From Desulfocapsaceae bacterium (GTDB lineage Bacteria > Desulfobacterota > Desulfobulbia > Desulfobulbales > Desulfocapsaceae): a stretch of 63,130 nucleotides of DNA. The stretch covers positions 1 through 63,130 of the forward strand of contig JASJDT010000021.1 of NCBI GenBank assembly GCA_030065655.1. The letters are read 5' to 3'. A program made the translations under genes and the position numbers. Below are positions 17,781 through 27,750 of this stretch, piece after piece (position 1 is the stretch's first letter; each line of letters begins with the position of its first letter). The notes under the pieces are model-generated. The model was given only the letters and a program-made list of their open reading frames with translations. It did no database searches and was not told the DNA's origin.

Positions 17781-20171
17781 TTAATTGCGCAACGGCTTGC
17801 CTGTCTTGAGCATATGCTGAATCCTCTCGGAGGTCTTCTTCTTGCCACAGAGCTTGAGGAATGCCTCCCGCTCCAGCTGCAACAGATAATTCTCTGAGAT
17901 CAGGGTACCGCCATTGACATCGCCACCACAAAGCACGTCGGCGATGATGCCACCCATTTCCGCCTCATATTCGGTGACGAATTTGCCCATTTTCATATTC
18001 CAGAGCTGGCTCTTCACGCTGGCAGCCACGTTCTTGCCCGGAGCAGGAATATTTTCAAGTGGTTTTTTCGGCCGGTAGTTGGTTGATAGAGCGATCACTT
18101 TTTTCTTGGCATCGGCAATGAGCCTGTCGATGTCCATGGTAATGGAATCACCATGCCGCATATAACTCAAATCGTAGAGTTCGGTGGCCCCCATTGATAC
18201 CTTGGCCATACCGATCTGTTCGAAGTTCTTAAAGATGAATGGCGTTACATCGGTGTTGAACTGACGCGCCAAATCCACGGCCCGCAGACACATCTCCTTG
18301 GTTCCACCCCCCGCAGGCAGCAAACCTACACCAATCTCGACCAGCCCCATGTAGGTTTCCGCATGGGCGTTGATGGCATCAGCATGCAGGGAGAATTCGC
18401 AGCCACCGCCAAGGGTCATGGCGAAAGGTGCGGCAACCACGGGAACCTTGGCATATTTAACCGCCATGGTGGCCTTCTGGAAGTTGCGGATGACCATGTC
18501 AACATCTTCAAAAGCACCTTCGGCCAGAGCGACGGCGAGCATCATCAAATTGGCACCGACGGAAAAGTTAACCCCCTGGTTACCAATGACCAGACCGACA
18601 CCTTCATCTTCGGCCCGTTTAATGGCCTTATGGGTCATGGAGAGAATGTCGCCGCTAATGGCATTCATCTTTGAGTGAAATTCAAAACCAAAAACACCAT
18701 CACCAAGATCGACTATGGAGCAATTGGCATTTTTCTCGACAACTCCGCCCGATTTGCGCTTGAGGATGTCGAGTTTTATCTGATTTTCATTTAACGGTAC
18801 CGGCTTGTAGGAGGATGTTAGCAGATCATAGAATTCCTTGTCGCCACCCTCAGTGAACCGGTAGAACGATTCAACGTTTTTCAGCGACTCTGGTACTGCA
18901 ATACCATCCTTTTCCGCCCGCTTGACAAAATTCTGAACACCAATGGCATCGAGCATTTCAAAGGGGCCGATCTCCCAGTTAAAGCCCCAGCGCATGGCAT
19001 TATCGACATTAACCACATCGTCGGCAATTTCGGGAATCCGGTTAACTGTGTAGATGAGGGTGTCACGCAGCGAACGCCAGGCAAACTCGGCGGCTTTATC
19101 GGATCCGGCCATAACCATCTTGACCTTTTGGCCGGGATCATCGATCTGCTTGACCGCGCCGATTGAAGCAAATTTAGGTTTTTCCAGAGGCTTGTATTCG
19201 CGTTTGTTGTAATCGAAATAATAAATCTGTCGTTTGCCGTCGACCATATCCTTGGTGTAGAAGCCCTTCCTGGTTTTATTGCCATGCAGTCCATTCTTGA
19301 TCATATCCTGCATAAATTCTGGAACCTTGAACACCTCTCGCTCCTCGTCATCGGGGAGCAGCTCATAGGTATTTTCGGCAATATGACCCAAGGTATCGAG
19401 CCCGACCAGATCGACGGTTCTGAAGGCAGCACTTTTGGGCCTTGCTGTTGCGGGTCCAGCCACGCTGTCGACCTCTTCAACGGTCATTTCCAAATCCATC
19501 ATATGCTCAATGCCTTTGTAAATAGCATATACACCGATACGATTGGCAATGAAGTTGGGGGTATCCTTGGCATAGACGATACCTTTGCCAAGCCTTCTAT
19601 TGATAAACTCGGCCATACCGTCAACGACTTGGGGATCAGTCGCCTTGCAGCCAACTACCTCCATTAACCGCATGTAGCGCGGTGGATTGAAAAAATGGGT
19701 GACCAGAAAATTTTTTCGGATTTCCGCCGGTAGGGCCTCGGCCATTTCATTTACCGACAAACCGCTGGTATTTGTTGAGAGAATGGCACCCTTATCAATA
19801 TTGGGTGCGAGTTTCTTCAGTAGATCAAGCTTTATGGGCATGTACTCGACTACCACCTCGATAATCCAGTCGCATTCCTTAACCCTAGCCAGATCATCCT
19901 CAAAGTTGCCTATTTCAATACGATCAGCATATTCCTTAAGATAGAAAGGTGCCGGTTTCATCTTCATAAGGCCCTGCAAGCCATCTGCCGCAATTCGGTT
20001 GCGCACTTGCGGACTCTCGAGGGTTAGCCCCTTGGCTTCTTCCTGTTCAGTGAGTTCCCTGGGAACGATATCAAGCATGAGAACATCCAAACCGGCATTG
20101 GCCAGATGAGCAGCGATGGTTGCTCCCATAACGCCTGCGCCGAGTACTGCCACGCGATTAATTTGCCTCAT
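17781..20171 (-). CDS. fadN: 3-hydroxyacyl-CoA dehydrogenase / enoyl-CoA hydratase (FadN type)
   Basis: GAGVMG, THFFNPPRYM, C-terminal crotonase (FSVGANL, LGGGCE) and the ending HMLKTGKPLRN. Confidence 0.92.
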   Translation of the reverse strand: MRQINRVAVLGAGVMGATIAAHLANAGLDVLMLDIVPRELTEQEEAKGLTLESPQVRNRIAADGLQGLMKMKPAPFYLKEYADRIEIGNFEDDLARVKECDWIIEVVVEYMPIKLDLLKKLAPNIDKGAILSTNTSGLSVNEMAEALPAEIRKNFLVTHFFNPPRYMRLMEVVGCKATDPQVVDGMAEFINRRLGKGIVYAKDTPNFIANRIGVYAIYKGIEHMMDLEMTVEEVDSVAGPATARPKSAAFRTVDLVGLDTLGHIAENTYELLPDDEEREVFKVPEFMQDMIKNGLHGNKTRKGFYTKDMVDGKRQIYYFDYNKREYKPLEKPKFASIGAVKQIDDPGQKVKMVMAGSDKAAEFAWRSLRDTLIYTVNRIPEIADDVVNVDNAMRWGFNWEIGPFEMLDAIGVQNFVKRAEKDGIAVPESLKNVESFYRFTEGGDKEFYDLLTSSYKPVPLNENQIKLDILKRKSGGVVEKNANCSIVDLGDGVFGFEFHSKMNAISGDILSMTHKAIKRAEDEGVGLVIGNQGVNFSVGANLMMLAVALAEGAFEDVDMVIRNFQKATMAVKYAKVPVVAAPFAMTLGGGCEFSLHADAINAHAETYMGLVEIGVGLLPAGGGTKEMCLRAVDLARQFNTDVTPFIFKNFEQIGMAKVSMGATELYDLSYMRHGDSITMDIDRLIADAKKKVIALSTNYRPKKPLENIPAPGKNVAASVKSQLWNMKMGKFVTEYEAEMGGIIADVLCGGDVNGGTLISENYLLQLEREAFLKLCGKKKTSERIQHMLKTGKPLRN

Positions 20172-20270
20172 TTTTTCCTCCGTGTATTATTGTCGGTTCC
20201 GCTAAGAGCTGTTATCCCGACGTTCCGAGCTTTGTAAACTATTGACCTTACCAGTTCATCCTCAGTTTCT

Positions 20271-22136
20271 TCAGACGTTTTCCGAGGTTGTCAGTACTTT
20301 CGGCTTGACGTTTGCGCCATTGCCGTTACTTCCGTACATACCTTCAATCTTATCCCGATAGATTTTATATATTTCTTTTCTCTTAAGCTTTAACGTTGGC
20401 GTCAACTCACCATTTTCAATCGAGAATTCCCTAGGGAGAACGACAAACTTCTTGATAGTCTCATAGGATGGCAACGCTTCGTTAAAGTCAGCTATACGTT
20501 TTTCATACAGCTCCACAATCTGCGAGTTGGTGACCAACTCTTCTATATCAATATAATCAATCTTCTCGTCTCTGGCATAATCGATGATACGTTCTATGTT
20601 GGGAGTAAGGAGAGCGACCAGGTAGGGCTTACCATCTCCGATGACGAACACCTGTGAGATATATTTGTCGAGTTTGAGTTCATTTTCCAGGGGCTGGGGA
20701 GCTATGTTCTTACCTCCGGCAGTGACGATGATCTCTTTTTTCCGATCGACTATATAGACAAAGCCATCTTCGTCAATCCTGGCAATATCGCCGGTCAGCA
20801 GCCAACCATCGACAAACGTCTCCTCGGTTGCTTTTTTATTACGGTAGTAGCCCTCCATGACCTGGGGGCCTTTGATCAGCAACTCGCCATCGGAGGCAAC
20901 TTTTACCTCGGTATGGGCGAGTGGTTTGCCGACGGCATCGAAACGGACTTCGTCGATAGTGGTGAGGGTTACTGCTGGAGAAGTCTCGGTCAGACCATAG
21001 CCGGTAAAAACCGGAATGCCAATGGCCCACATAAATTCGTTAATCGTCTTGTCCAGGGGGGCTCCCCCACAGATAAAGAACCTGAGCCTGCCACCAAACC
21101 GGTCGCGCAGCTTTTTAAAGACCAGCTTGTCAAAGAACCGGTATTTAATTGCCAGTCCACTCGGAACCTTCTTATCAATATATTTTTTCTGGATATAGGT
21201 TCTGCCGATATCGAGTGCATAATGAAACAGACGCTGCTGCATTTTGGACATTTGCCTGACATTTTCGAAAACCCTGGAATGGATTTTCTCAAAAAGCCGG
21301 GGAACACTGACCATGGCCGTAGGCTTGATTTCAATGACATTTTCCATGACTTTCTGGACGTTCTCGGCAAAGGCAATATGGCTGCCACTGTAGATGGCCG
21401 CATAGTACCCTCCAGTGCGCTCGAGCACGTGGCTTAAGGGAAGAAAGCTTAAAAAGGTCTCCTGGCTGGTCATGCCGCCCAGCTGCTTGAGACCATATAC
21501 GGTGTCAAAGAGCACGCTTTTCTGGGAGAGCATGACGCCTTTGGGAACTCCGGTCGTCCCCGAAGTATAGATAATGGTAATGAGATCATTCGGGGTGAGT
21601 GCATCAATCTGCGCCTCGATAGTTTGGATCTCCTCCTGAGAGAGAGGATGAGAGATTTCTGAGAGCTGATACTGGGTAAATACCGGAAAAGTCCGATCTC
21701 CTAAAAATCTCTCATAGGAGACTATCATTTCAACATCCGGTATCTGATCTCTGATGGCCAAGAGTTTTTCGTATTGCCCCTTGGTGGAGACAAAAACAAT
21801 TTTGGCGGCCGAGTGATTGATCACATAGGCCGCCTGCTCGCCAGTGTTTGTGGCATAAATGGGTACTGTTATAGCCTGAGCCGCTTGGATGCCAAAATCG
21901 GAGATAGCCCAGCCAAGCCTGTTTTCTGAAAAAATCGCCACCCGGTCTCCAGGCATCACTCCAGCTTTACGTAACCCTCGAGCCAGCATCAGCACCCGTT
22001 CATAGAATTCTCCGTAGGTCAGTGATAGATAGGTGTTTCTTTTCTTGTAACTGATAGCTGTCCTGTTCTTGAAACGCTCCGCATTCGCTTTTAAAACGGC
22101 AGGTATGGATTTATACTCCAGCTCGATCATGGTCAA
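20271..22136 (-). CDS. fadD: Long-chain fatty acid--CoA ligase (AMP-binding)
   Basis: IYTSGTTGVPKG, GYGLTET, TGDI, DRKKEIIVTAGGKNIAP, ELTPTLKLKR. Confidence 0.9.
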   Translation of the reverse strand: MTMIELEYKSIPAVLKANAERFKNRTAISYKKRNTYLSLTYGEFYERVLMLARGLRKAGVMPGDRVAIFSENRLGWAISDFGIQAAQAITVPIYATNTGEQAAYVINHSAAKIVFVSTKGQYEKLLAIRDQIPDVEMIVSYERFLGDRTFPVFTQYQLSEISHPLSQEEIQTIEAQIDALTPNDLITIIYTSGTTGVPKGVMLSQKSVLFDTVYGLKQLGGMTSQETFLSFLPLSHVLERTGGYYAAIYSGSHIAFAENVQKVMENVIEIKPTAMVSVPRLFEKIHSRVFENVRQMSKMQQRLFHYALDIGRTYIQKKYIDKKVPSGLAIKYRFFDKLVFKKLRDRFGGRLRFFICGGAPLDKTINEFMWAIGIPVFTGYGLTETSPAVTLTTIDEVRFDAVGKPLAHTEVKVASDGELLIKGPQVMEGYYRNKKATEETFVDGWLLTGDIARIDEDGFVYIVDRKKEIIVTAGGKNIAPQPLENELKLDKYISQVFVIGDGKPYLVALLTPNIERIIDYARDEKIDYIDIEELVTNSQIVELYEKRIADFNEALPSYETIKKFVVLPREFSIENGELTPTLKLKRKEIYKIYRDKIEGMYGSNGNGANVKPKVLTTSENV

Positions 22137-22684
22137 GTCTCTCCCTCATCGTTGAATATATCTCTCCCGGTAATACTCACGCATTCGTTCAATTCTGTAG
22201 ACCGTAATAATCACCTTATACCTTACCTTAACGTTCAAGTCAATATTAAAGAGAGCATTAATTCATTATCAATATTTCTTTCATTTTCTCCGTTAATGTC
22301 CTGAACTCTAGTCGTTATTTGACTTCTGTCTAATATGAGAGAAAATTGATGCTGAGTATTCCGTTAACGAGACGAATATATTATAGTATCTTGCGTAAAG
22401 GTCAACATTCACTGTCTTTGCTTCGAGGTGAGTAAATCTACCCGGAGGATGTGATTAACCAATGTTTTCAGTGCAATTTAGAGTCAGGCAACCGAGCTTA
22501 AATGCGACTTTCTATAGTAGAAGTGCGGATCTTTTTCCGATTAGAAAAAAAACACGTTATAATCTGCATTTACTCAGGAGAATATGATGATTTAACACCT
22601 GAACAGTGAGAAAGAAAAGATTCTTAGAACTCTATAGAGTAGAAGTGGAGCTATCACCTTCTGCAAACATTGCTCTACAGATAT

Positions 22685-23242
22685 TTATGGATTACGTCTT
22701 CTCTCATACAGCATAAAGGCATTCAGGACGAGACCGTGCGTTATCTTTTCGGATCTGATCAGATGGTCAATTTCAGTCAACGGAATGGTTAGAACTTCAA
22801 TGTCTTCCATGTCATCCATCTGCTGATCAGCTACCCTCTCAACATTTTCAACAAGCACAGTATAGCAGAAATTACTCTGCAGAGCCGGGTTGGGGCAGAC
22901 CTTGCCGATAATCCGGCCATCACGGCCTGCAAATCCCGTTTCTTCAAGCAACTCTCGTAGACCGGCGCCCAGAGGAGACTCACCATTTTCGATGGCACCC
23001 CCCGGAATTTCCAATTCATAACGTCCACTACCAAAGCGGTACTGGTTCACCAGGACCACCTGCAAGTCAGGAGTCAGGGCGATAATGTTAACCCAGTCGC
23101 TGAAAGCAAAACGATAAAATTGCGCATCTCTACCTTTACGATGAGAGGTAACCCTGGCTGACAGGACATCTCCGATCCTGGTATGAAGCAGTGTTTTTTC
23201 CTCTTCGATGGTAAACTCGTTCTTCTCCTCACTTCGTGGCAT
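22685..23242 (-). CDS. Nudix hydrolase (ADP-ribose pyrophosphatase-like)
   Basis: Nudix box PGGAIENGE....AGLRELLEETG and QYRF motif. The start overlaps the sthA stop. Confidence 0.88.
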   Translation of the reverse strand: MPRSEEKNEFTIEEEKTLLHTRIGDVLSARVTSHRKGRDAQFYRFAFSDWVNIIALTPDLQVVLVNQYRFGSGRYELEIPGGAIENGESPLGAGLRELLEETGFAGRDGRIIGKVCPNPALQSNFCYTVLVENVERVADQQMDDMEDIEVLTIPLTEIDHLIRSEKITHGLVLNAFMLYERRRNP

Positions 23243-24662
23243 TCTCACAACCTTTGCTGTCTATGTAACAGATATTTTCTTCCGCCAACAGCTTGTTCAG
23301 ACCATTGAGTGCTGCAACTTTATAGGCCTCGGCGAGGGTGGGATAGTTAAAGACTGAATCGCGAAAATATTCGATGGTGCCGCCAAGGGTGAGCACGGCC
23401 TGGCCGATATGAATGAGTTCAGCTGCCTGGTCACCAATTATATGAACCCCCAGCAGTTTCAACGACTCGGGATCAAACAAAATCTTAACAAATCCGGTCT
23501 TGGTCCCCAGAATTTGGCCCTTGGCCAGTTCATCATAACGGGCTGTACCAAACTCGTAAGGAATCTTGGCTTTCGTCAGTTCCTGTTCGGTTTTTCCAAT
23601 CATGGAAATTTCGGGAATGGTATAAATACCATAAGGAAGAAGCTCATTGTGACTGGTGGCCGGTGAACAGAACATGTTGCAACTGGCCAGGCGACCCTGC
23701 TCCATGGAAGTCGCCGCCAGGGCTGGAAAACCAATGACATCACCGGCTGCATAGATGTTTTCTATATCGGTACGAAAACTTCCATCAACACTTATTCTCC
23801 CCCGTTCATCTGTTTGCAAACCTATTGCTTCGAGATTGAGGGAATCTGTATTGGTCTGTCTGCCAACCGCGTAAAGAAAGGTATCCCCGCGGACAATCTT
23901 ACCGCTTTCCAGGGTAACCCTGACCCGTCCCTCCCGCTCTTTTTCAACTTTGGTAACCGTCTCGCCAAGTCGAAAAACCGCGTTCTCCTCCATGAGCTGA
24001 TATTTCAGGCGTTCAATTATCTCGTAGTCAACAAAATCAAGAATCGTGCTCCGTTTATCAATGAGGGTTACATCGATATCCATGGCGGCAAACATGGAAG
24101 CATATTCCAGACCGATCACCCCTGCTCCGGCCACAATCATCTTTCTGGGAAGTACTTCAAGATCAAGGATCTCATCGACATCGATAATGCTCCTCCCATC
24201 GAATGGTATGGACGGATCACGAGCCGGATGCGTGCCGCAGGCAATCAAGAAATTATCGGCAGTAAGCAGGTGTTCCTCATTCTCGCCCTGAACCTGCACA
24301 GTCCCCCTGTCTTTAAAACGGGCCACTCCGTAATACATCTGGATCCGGTTGCGTTTGAGCTGGTCTCTGATGACCTGCATCTCCCTCTCTTCAACCATTT
24401 TGACCCGCATGAGCAGATCCTCATGGTTAATCTCCTCTTTCACCGTGAAATCATGGCCGTAGAATGCACGTTCACGCAAGCCAAAGAGAAACAGAATCGC
24501 TTCTCTCAAGGTCTTACTTGGTATAGTGCCGCCGTGCAGGGAGACGCCGCCGTACATGGCCTTCTTGTCAATGATGGCGACACTGCGACCGAGCTTTGCT
24601 GCGGCGATGGCTCCTTTCTGCCCCGCCGGACCGGAACCTATTACGATCAGATCAAAATGCAT
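23229..24662 (-). CDS. sthA: Soluble pyridine nucleotide transhydrogenase
   Basis: GSGPAGQKGA, GTIPSKTLRE, YGIYTIPEIS and FNYPTLAEAYKVAALNG. No redox CxxxxC, as expected for SthA. Confidence 0.9.
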   Translation of the reverse strand: MHFDLIVIGSGPAGQKGAIAAAKLGRSVAIIDKKAMYGGVSLHGGTIPSKTLREAILFLFGLRERAFYGHDFTVKEEINHEDLLMRVKMVEEREMQVIRDQLKRNRIQMYYGVARFKDRGTVQVQGENEEHLLTADNFLIACGTHPARDPSIPFDGRSIIDVDEILDLEVLPRKMIVAGAGVIGLEYASMFAAMDIDVTLIDKRSTILDFVDYEIIERLKYQLMEENAVFRLGETVTKVEKEREGRVRVTLESGKIVRGDTFLYAVGRQTNTDSLNLEAIGLQTDERGRISVDGSFRTDIENIYAAGDVIGFPALAATSMEQGRLASCNMFCSPATSHNELLPYGIYTIPEISMIGKTEQELTKAKIPYEFGTARYDELAKGQILGTKTGFVKILFDPESLKLLGVHIIGDQAAELIHIGQAVLTLGGTIEYFRDSVFNYPTLAEAYKVAALNGLNKLLAEENICYIDSKGCENATK

Positions 24663-24759
24663 GTGTGGTAACTCCTGTATCTCGATTGCCAGCTGAGCTT
24701 GATATAAATACTTCTATTTTATGGTAATCACACTGACGTATCTCGCTGCAATCTAAATC

Positions 24760-25533
24760 TCATTCTATAGTAAAACATCTTTGTGTTTCTGTCTGCGCTC
24801 CTTTTGTGCCATGCACAAAAGTTCGTTCCGAAAAGGTTATTCGCCCGTCATTTTCAATAGTGAGAATAGCCGAAGAACACGTCCCATAATTTTCGGTGGA
24901 AATAAAAATTGGTGCCAGTTTTCTCTCCCACTCCCGGCCAATACCCGTATCGGGCAGGGTGTGCTCCTCAGGCTGCCGGGTATCGCAGAGCACCTCTTCC
25001 AACATTTGGGTGGAAAATCCGTTCTTGCTCAGTACCTGCCTCAGAAGCATCTTGCCCCGTTCGACCTTGGGCCAGGGACTATCCAGTAAATGATTGCTCA
25101 ATCCATATATTCCAGGGGGTAATTCCTGAAATTGTCCATTCCGATTGGAATAGTAGCCAAGTGATTCTTCATCACCGACAAGCAGGTTAAAGCCACGGAA
25201 TTTTGATGCTTCGTTTTTAAGGGCATCGAGGAATTCAGCCGCATTCTGTGATGCTCTAAAATATTTTGGCAGAATAACTCCCCTGGAAACGGCCTTTTCG
25301 CGATCCGGGACTTGTGGTACTTCCCGGTAATTCGTGAGCACCCCGTATTTACCTGATCTTGCCACCCCAAGCCAGGTACCACCCCCACGCAAGTCGCGTC
25401 CGGCGAGAATCTCCCTGCTATCATCCCACCAGGAGAGGGGTTCACTCGGCCGCTCGAAAAATTCATCCCGGTTAGCGGCCAGCACCAGACGGTAACCGGG
25501 TGTTGTTTTATAGGAAAACAGTACGGTACACAT
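24760..25533 (-). CDS. NRDE / TANGO2 family protein
   Basis: MCT start, AANRDEF..RP, GRDL..GGTWLG, GLSNHLLDSPWPK, YGT.SS. Confidence 0.92.
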   Translation of the reverse strand: MCTVLFSYKTTPGYRLVLAANRDEFFERPSEPLSWWDDSREILAGRDLRGGGTWLGVARSGKYGVLTNYREVPQVPDREKAVSRGVILPKYFRASQNAAEFLDALKNEASKFRGFNLLVGDEESLGYYSNRNGQFQELPPGIYGLSNHLLDSPWPKVERGKMLLRQVLSKNGFSTQMLEEVLCDTRQPEEHTLPDTGIGREWERKLAPIFISTENYGTCSSAILTIENDGRITFSERTFVHGTKGAQTETQRCFTIE

Positions 25534-25563
25534 CTGTCATTCTCTCATGACAAATTCCTATCT

Positions 25564-26250
25564 TTACGTTATCTGGCTTCTTCTGTCGGCTTGAAACAAT
25601 TTATTTACAAGATTCTCAACAATTGCCGCAGTCAATCCCCAGATCACTTCGGGTCCGTATTTATAGACGAAGACCTTTCGGGTCCATTGACTTCTATTAT
25701 TCTTGTAACGAGGCGGCAGGCCGAGCTCTTCCACCGGTAGAAGAATCTGCTGTTTCCCATGTTCGTCCACGTAGGATGATTGCGTTTCAACCCTGGTGTG
25801 ATAAATCTCCGGAGGATTTTCTAAGAACCAAGAAACCGGCACCGTAAAGACTTTGGCAACCTCCCTCTCATCCAGTTGCAGCTCCTTTAGACTATCGATA
25901 TCCAAGATGCCAAGGAAACATTCGACGATAATGCCGCGTGGCGATACCAGTGTATCAAGCTGGCCGATAATGCTCACCATACTCTGATCAATGCCTAGTT
26001 CCTCATGGGTTTCACGCAGGGCGGTCTGCAAATAACCAGTATCTTTGTCCCGGTCACAGTGTCCTCCGGGAAAACAGATTTCTCCGCCCTGACGGATATG
26101 GGCTGCCCGTTTCTCAAATAATAAATGCTCTTCGGTATCAATATTAATCAGCGGCACTAGAACAGCTGAACAATAGTATTCCTCTCTGCCAAGTATGTCA
26201 TGGGGTGAGGCCAATCTTTCCCGAAGTTCAGCAAATCTGTGATTATTCAC
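25564..26250 (-). CDS. CoA pyrophosphatase (Nudix, NudL/PCD1 type)
   Basis: SAVLVPL, LLFEKRA..IRQGGEICFPGG, ALRETHEELG, IWGLTA. Confidence 0.88.
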   Translation of the reverse strand: MNNHRFAELRERLASPHDILGREEYYCSAVLVPLINIDTEEHLLFEKRAAHIRQGGEICFPGGHCDRDKDTGYLQTALRETHEELGIDQSMVSIIGQLDTLVSPRGIIVECFLGILDIDSLKELQLDEREVAKVFTVPVSWFLENPPEIYHTRVETQSSYVDEHGKQQILLPVEELGLPPRYKNNRSQWTRKVFVYKYGPEVIWGLTAAIVENLVNKLFQADRRSQIT

Positions 26251-26378
26251 ACTCTCTCCTAGTGGGGGCTGTCGTTTGATTCTGCTTCCGGCCCAAGCAA
26301 CTGTTCATTGACCTAGTGTAATCATTTTGCCATAAAAAACATTTTCCCTCATTTATGCTCTCGTGTTACTTTAGTAGA

Positions 26379-26422
26379 CTAGGAGTGTGTCGAAGAATAG
26401 CAATTCTCCGAAAGGCTCCTAG
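26379..26422. repeat. 44-bp CTAG-flanked palindrome (REP/mini-MITE-like)
   Basis: ctaggagtgtgtcgaagaatagcaattctccgaaaggctcctag. The arms pair, with several mismatches compatible with G-U pairing. Confidence 0.6.
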
Positions 26423-26451
26423 ATGAATCCAGAATAATAGAGGAGTTTTCG

Positions 26452-27321
26452 ATGCACTACGAGGGAAATGTTTTTCGACCACCGAGTGAAGCCAACAGCA
26501 TATTACTGCAGGTGACCACCGGATGTTCGCATAATAAATGCACCTTTTGTGGAATGTACAAGGAGCAGAGATTCTCCGTCAAGGACGATGCTACCCTGCT
26601 TGAGGATATTCTCTTTGCCGCTCGTCATTGCAGGCATCAACAGCGGCTCTTTCTTTGCGACGGTGATACTCTTTGCATCTCCCAGCAACGACTAGTCAGG
26701 ATCCTGGAACTCATCCGGGAGCATCTTCCCTGGGTAAATAGAGTAGGTATCTACGCTAATACTAAAAGTATCTATCACAAAAGCGATGAGCAGTTGCAGG
26801 AATTACGAAGGCTGGGCTTGAAAATTGCCTATATGGGCTTGGAAAGTGGTGATGATGAAACGCTGAAGGCGATCAATAAGGGAGCAGACGCCAGTAAAAT
26901 GATGGCCATGGGCCAGAAAATCAGGGCGGCGAACATAGCTCTTTCCGTGACCGTGCTCCTCGGTATAGCCGGCAAGGACAGGTCCCTCATCCATGCCAGA
27001 GAAACAGGTCGGGTGCTTAGCGCTATCGATCCGGAATACGTCGGTGCACTCAGTTTAATGCTGGTTCCAGGCACACCACTCTTTGAAGAGTATCAAAAGG
27101 GCAATTTTATTCTTCTCAAACCGGAGGAGATGCTTAATGAAATATCTGAAATGATTAAAAATACGACTCTTTCAAGCGGCTATTTCCATGCCAATCACGC
27201 CTCCAACTACCTGCCCATCAAGGCTCGCCTGCCACAGGATAAAGAGGCTACCCTCGCCCTAATCGACAAGGCCCTGCGAGGAGAGATCAGTCTCAAACCG
27301 GAAACGTTACGAGCATTGTAA
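26452..27321 (+). CDS. Radical SAM protein
   Basis: RPPSEA, GCSHNKCTFC (CxxxCxxC), GLESGD, ANHASNY. Confidence 0.9.
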   Translation: MHYEGNVFRPPSEANSILLQVTTGCSHNKCTFCGMYKEQRFSVKDDATLLEDILFAARHCRHQQRLFLCDGDTLCISQQRLVRILELIREHLPWVNRVGIYANTKSIYHKSDEQLQELRRLGLKIAYMGLESGDDETLKAINKGADASKMMAMGQKIRAANIALSVTVLLGIAGKDRSLIHARETGRVLSAIDPEYVGALSLMLVPGTPLFEEYQKGNFILLKPEEMLNEISEMIKNTTLSSGYFHANHASNYLPIKARLPQDKEATLALIDKALRGEISLKPETLRAL

Positions 27322-27344
27322 AAGAGAGAAAAACAGGAAATTTT

Positions 27345-27626
27345 TTAACATGCAATAATTGTAAAGGAAGCCACACCGATATGGCTTTCCCGGCATTGCG
27401 GACAGCGGCTCGGGCGATCCAACCGCTCTCTTTTGCGGAAGATATAGCCGCAGGAGCGACAGTGGTAAGGAGACACCTGCAATTTCTCACCACGGAGTGA
27501 TTTACGTACGTGCTGGAGATGATCGTAAATTTCTCGTTCCTGCACGGACAATTCCTGAGAGAGTTCCAAGGCTGTCCACTCTCCCTCGCGCAGTAGCTCC
27601 TGTATTTGTTGTCGAATGGTGGCCAT
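27345..27626 (-). CDS. HTH-Zn-ribbon transcriptional regulator (COG3357-like)
   Basis: TIRQQI..LL, HL.HV.KS, CRSCGY.F and PSRCPQC. Confidence 0.8.
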   Translation of the reverse strand: MATIRQQIQELLREGEWTALELSQELSVQEREIYDHLQHVRKSLRGEKLQVSPYHCRSCGYIFRKRERLDRPSRCPQCRESHIGVASFTIIAC

Positions 27627-27750
27627 CAACCTTTGCGTAGTTTCTTTTCAGACAATTTCATTTGATTCTTCGAGCTAAAACTAGCTCATAGGTACTATGC
27701 AATGGCCTCCTAAAGAAGCATCTAAGCTGTTCAAATGCTCATCTTATGGG

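Noticed and set aside
22137-22684. Long AT-rich region upstream of fadD with an imperfect direct repeat (tctata(ga)gtagaagtg at 22511 and 22631)
   Set aside because: There are only two short copies and no convincing FadR-type palindrome, ncRNA or CRISPR structure. It is probably promoter DNA.
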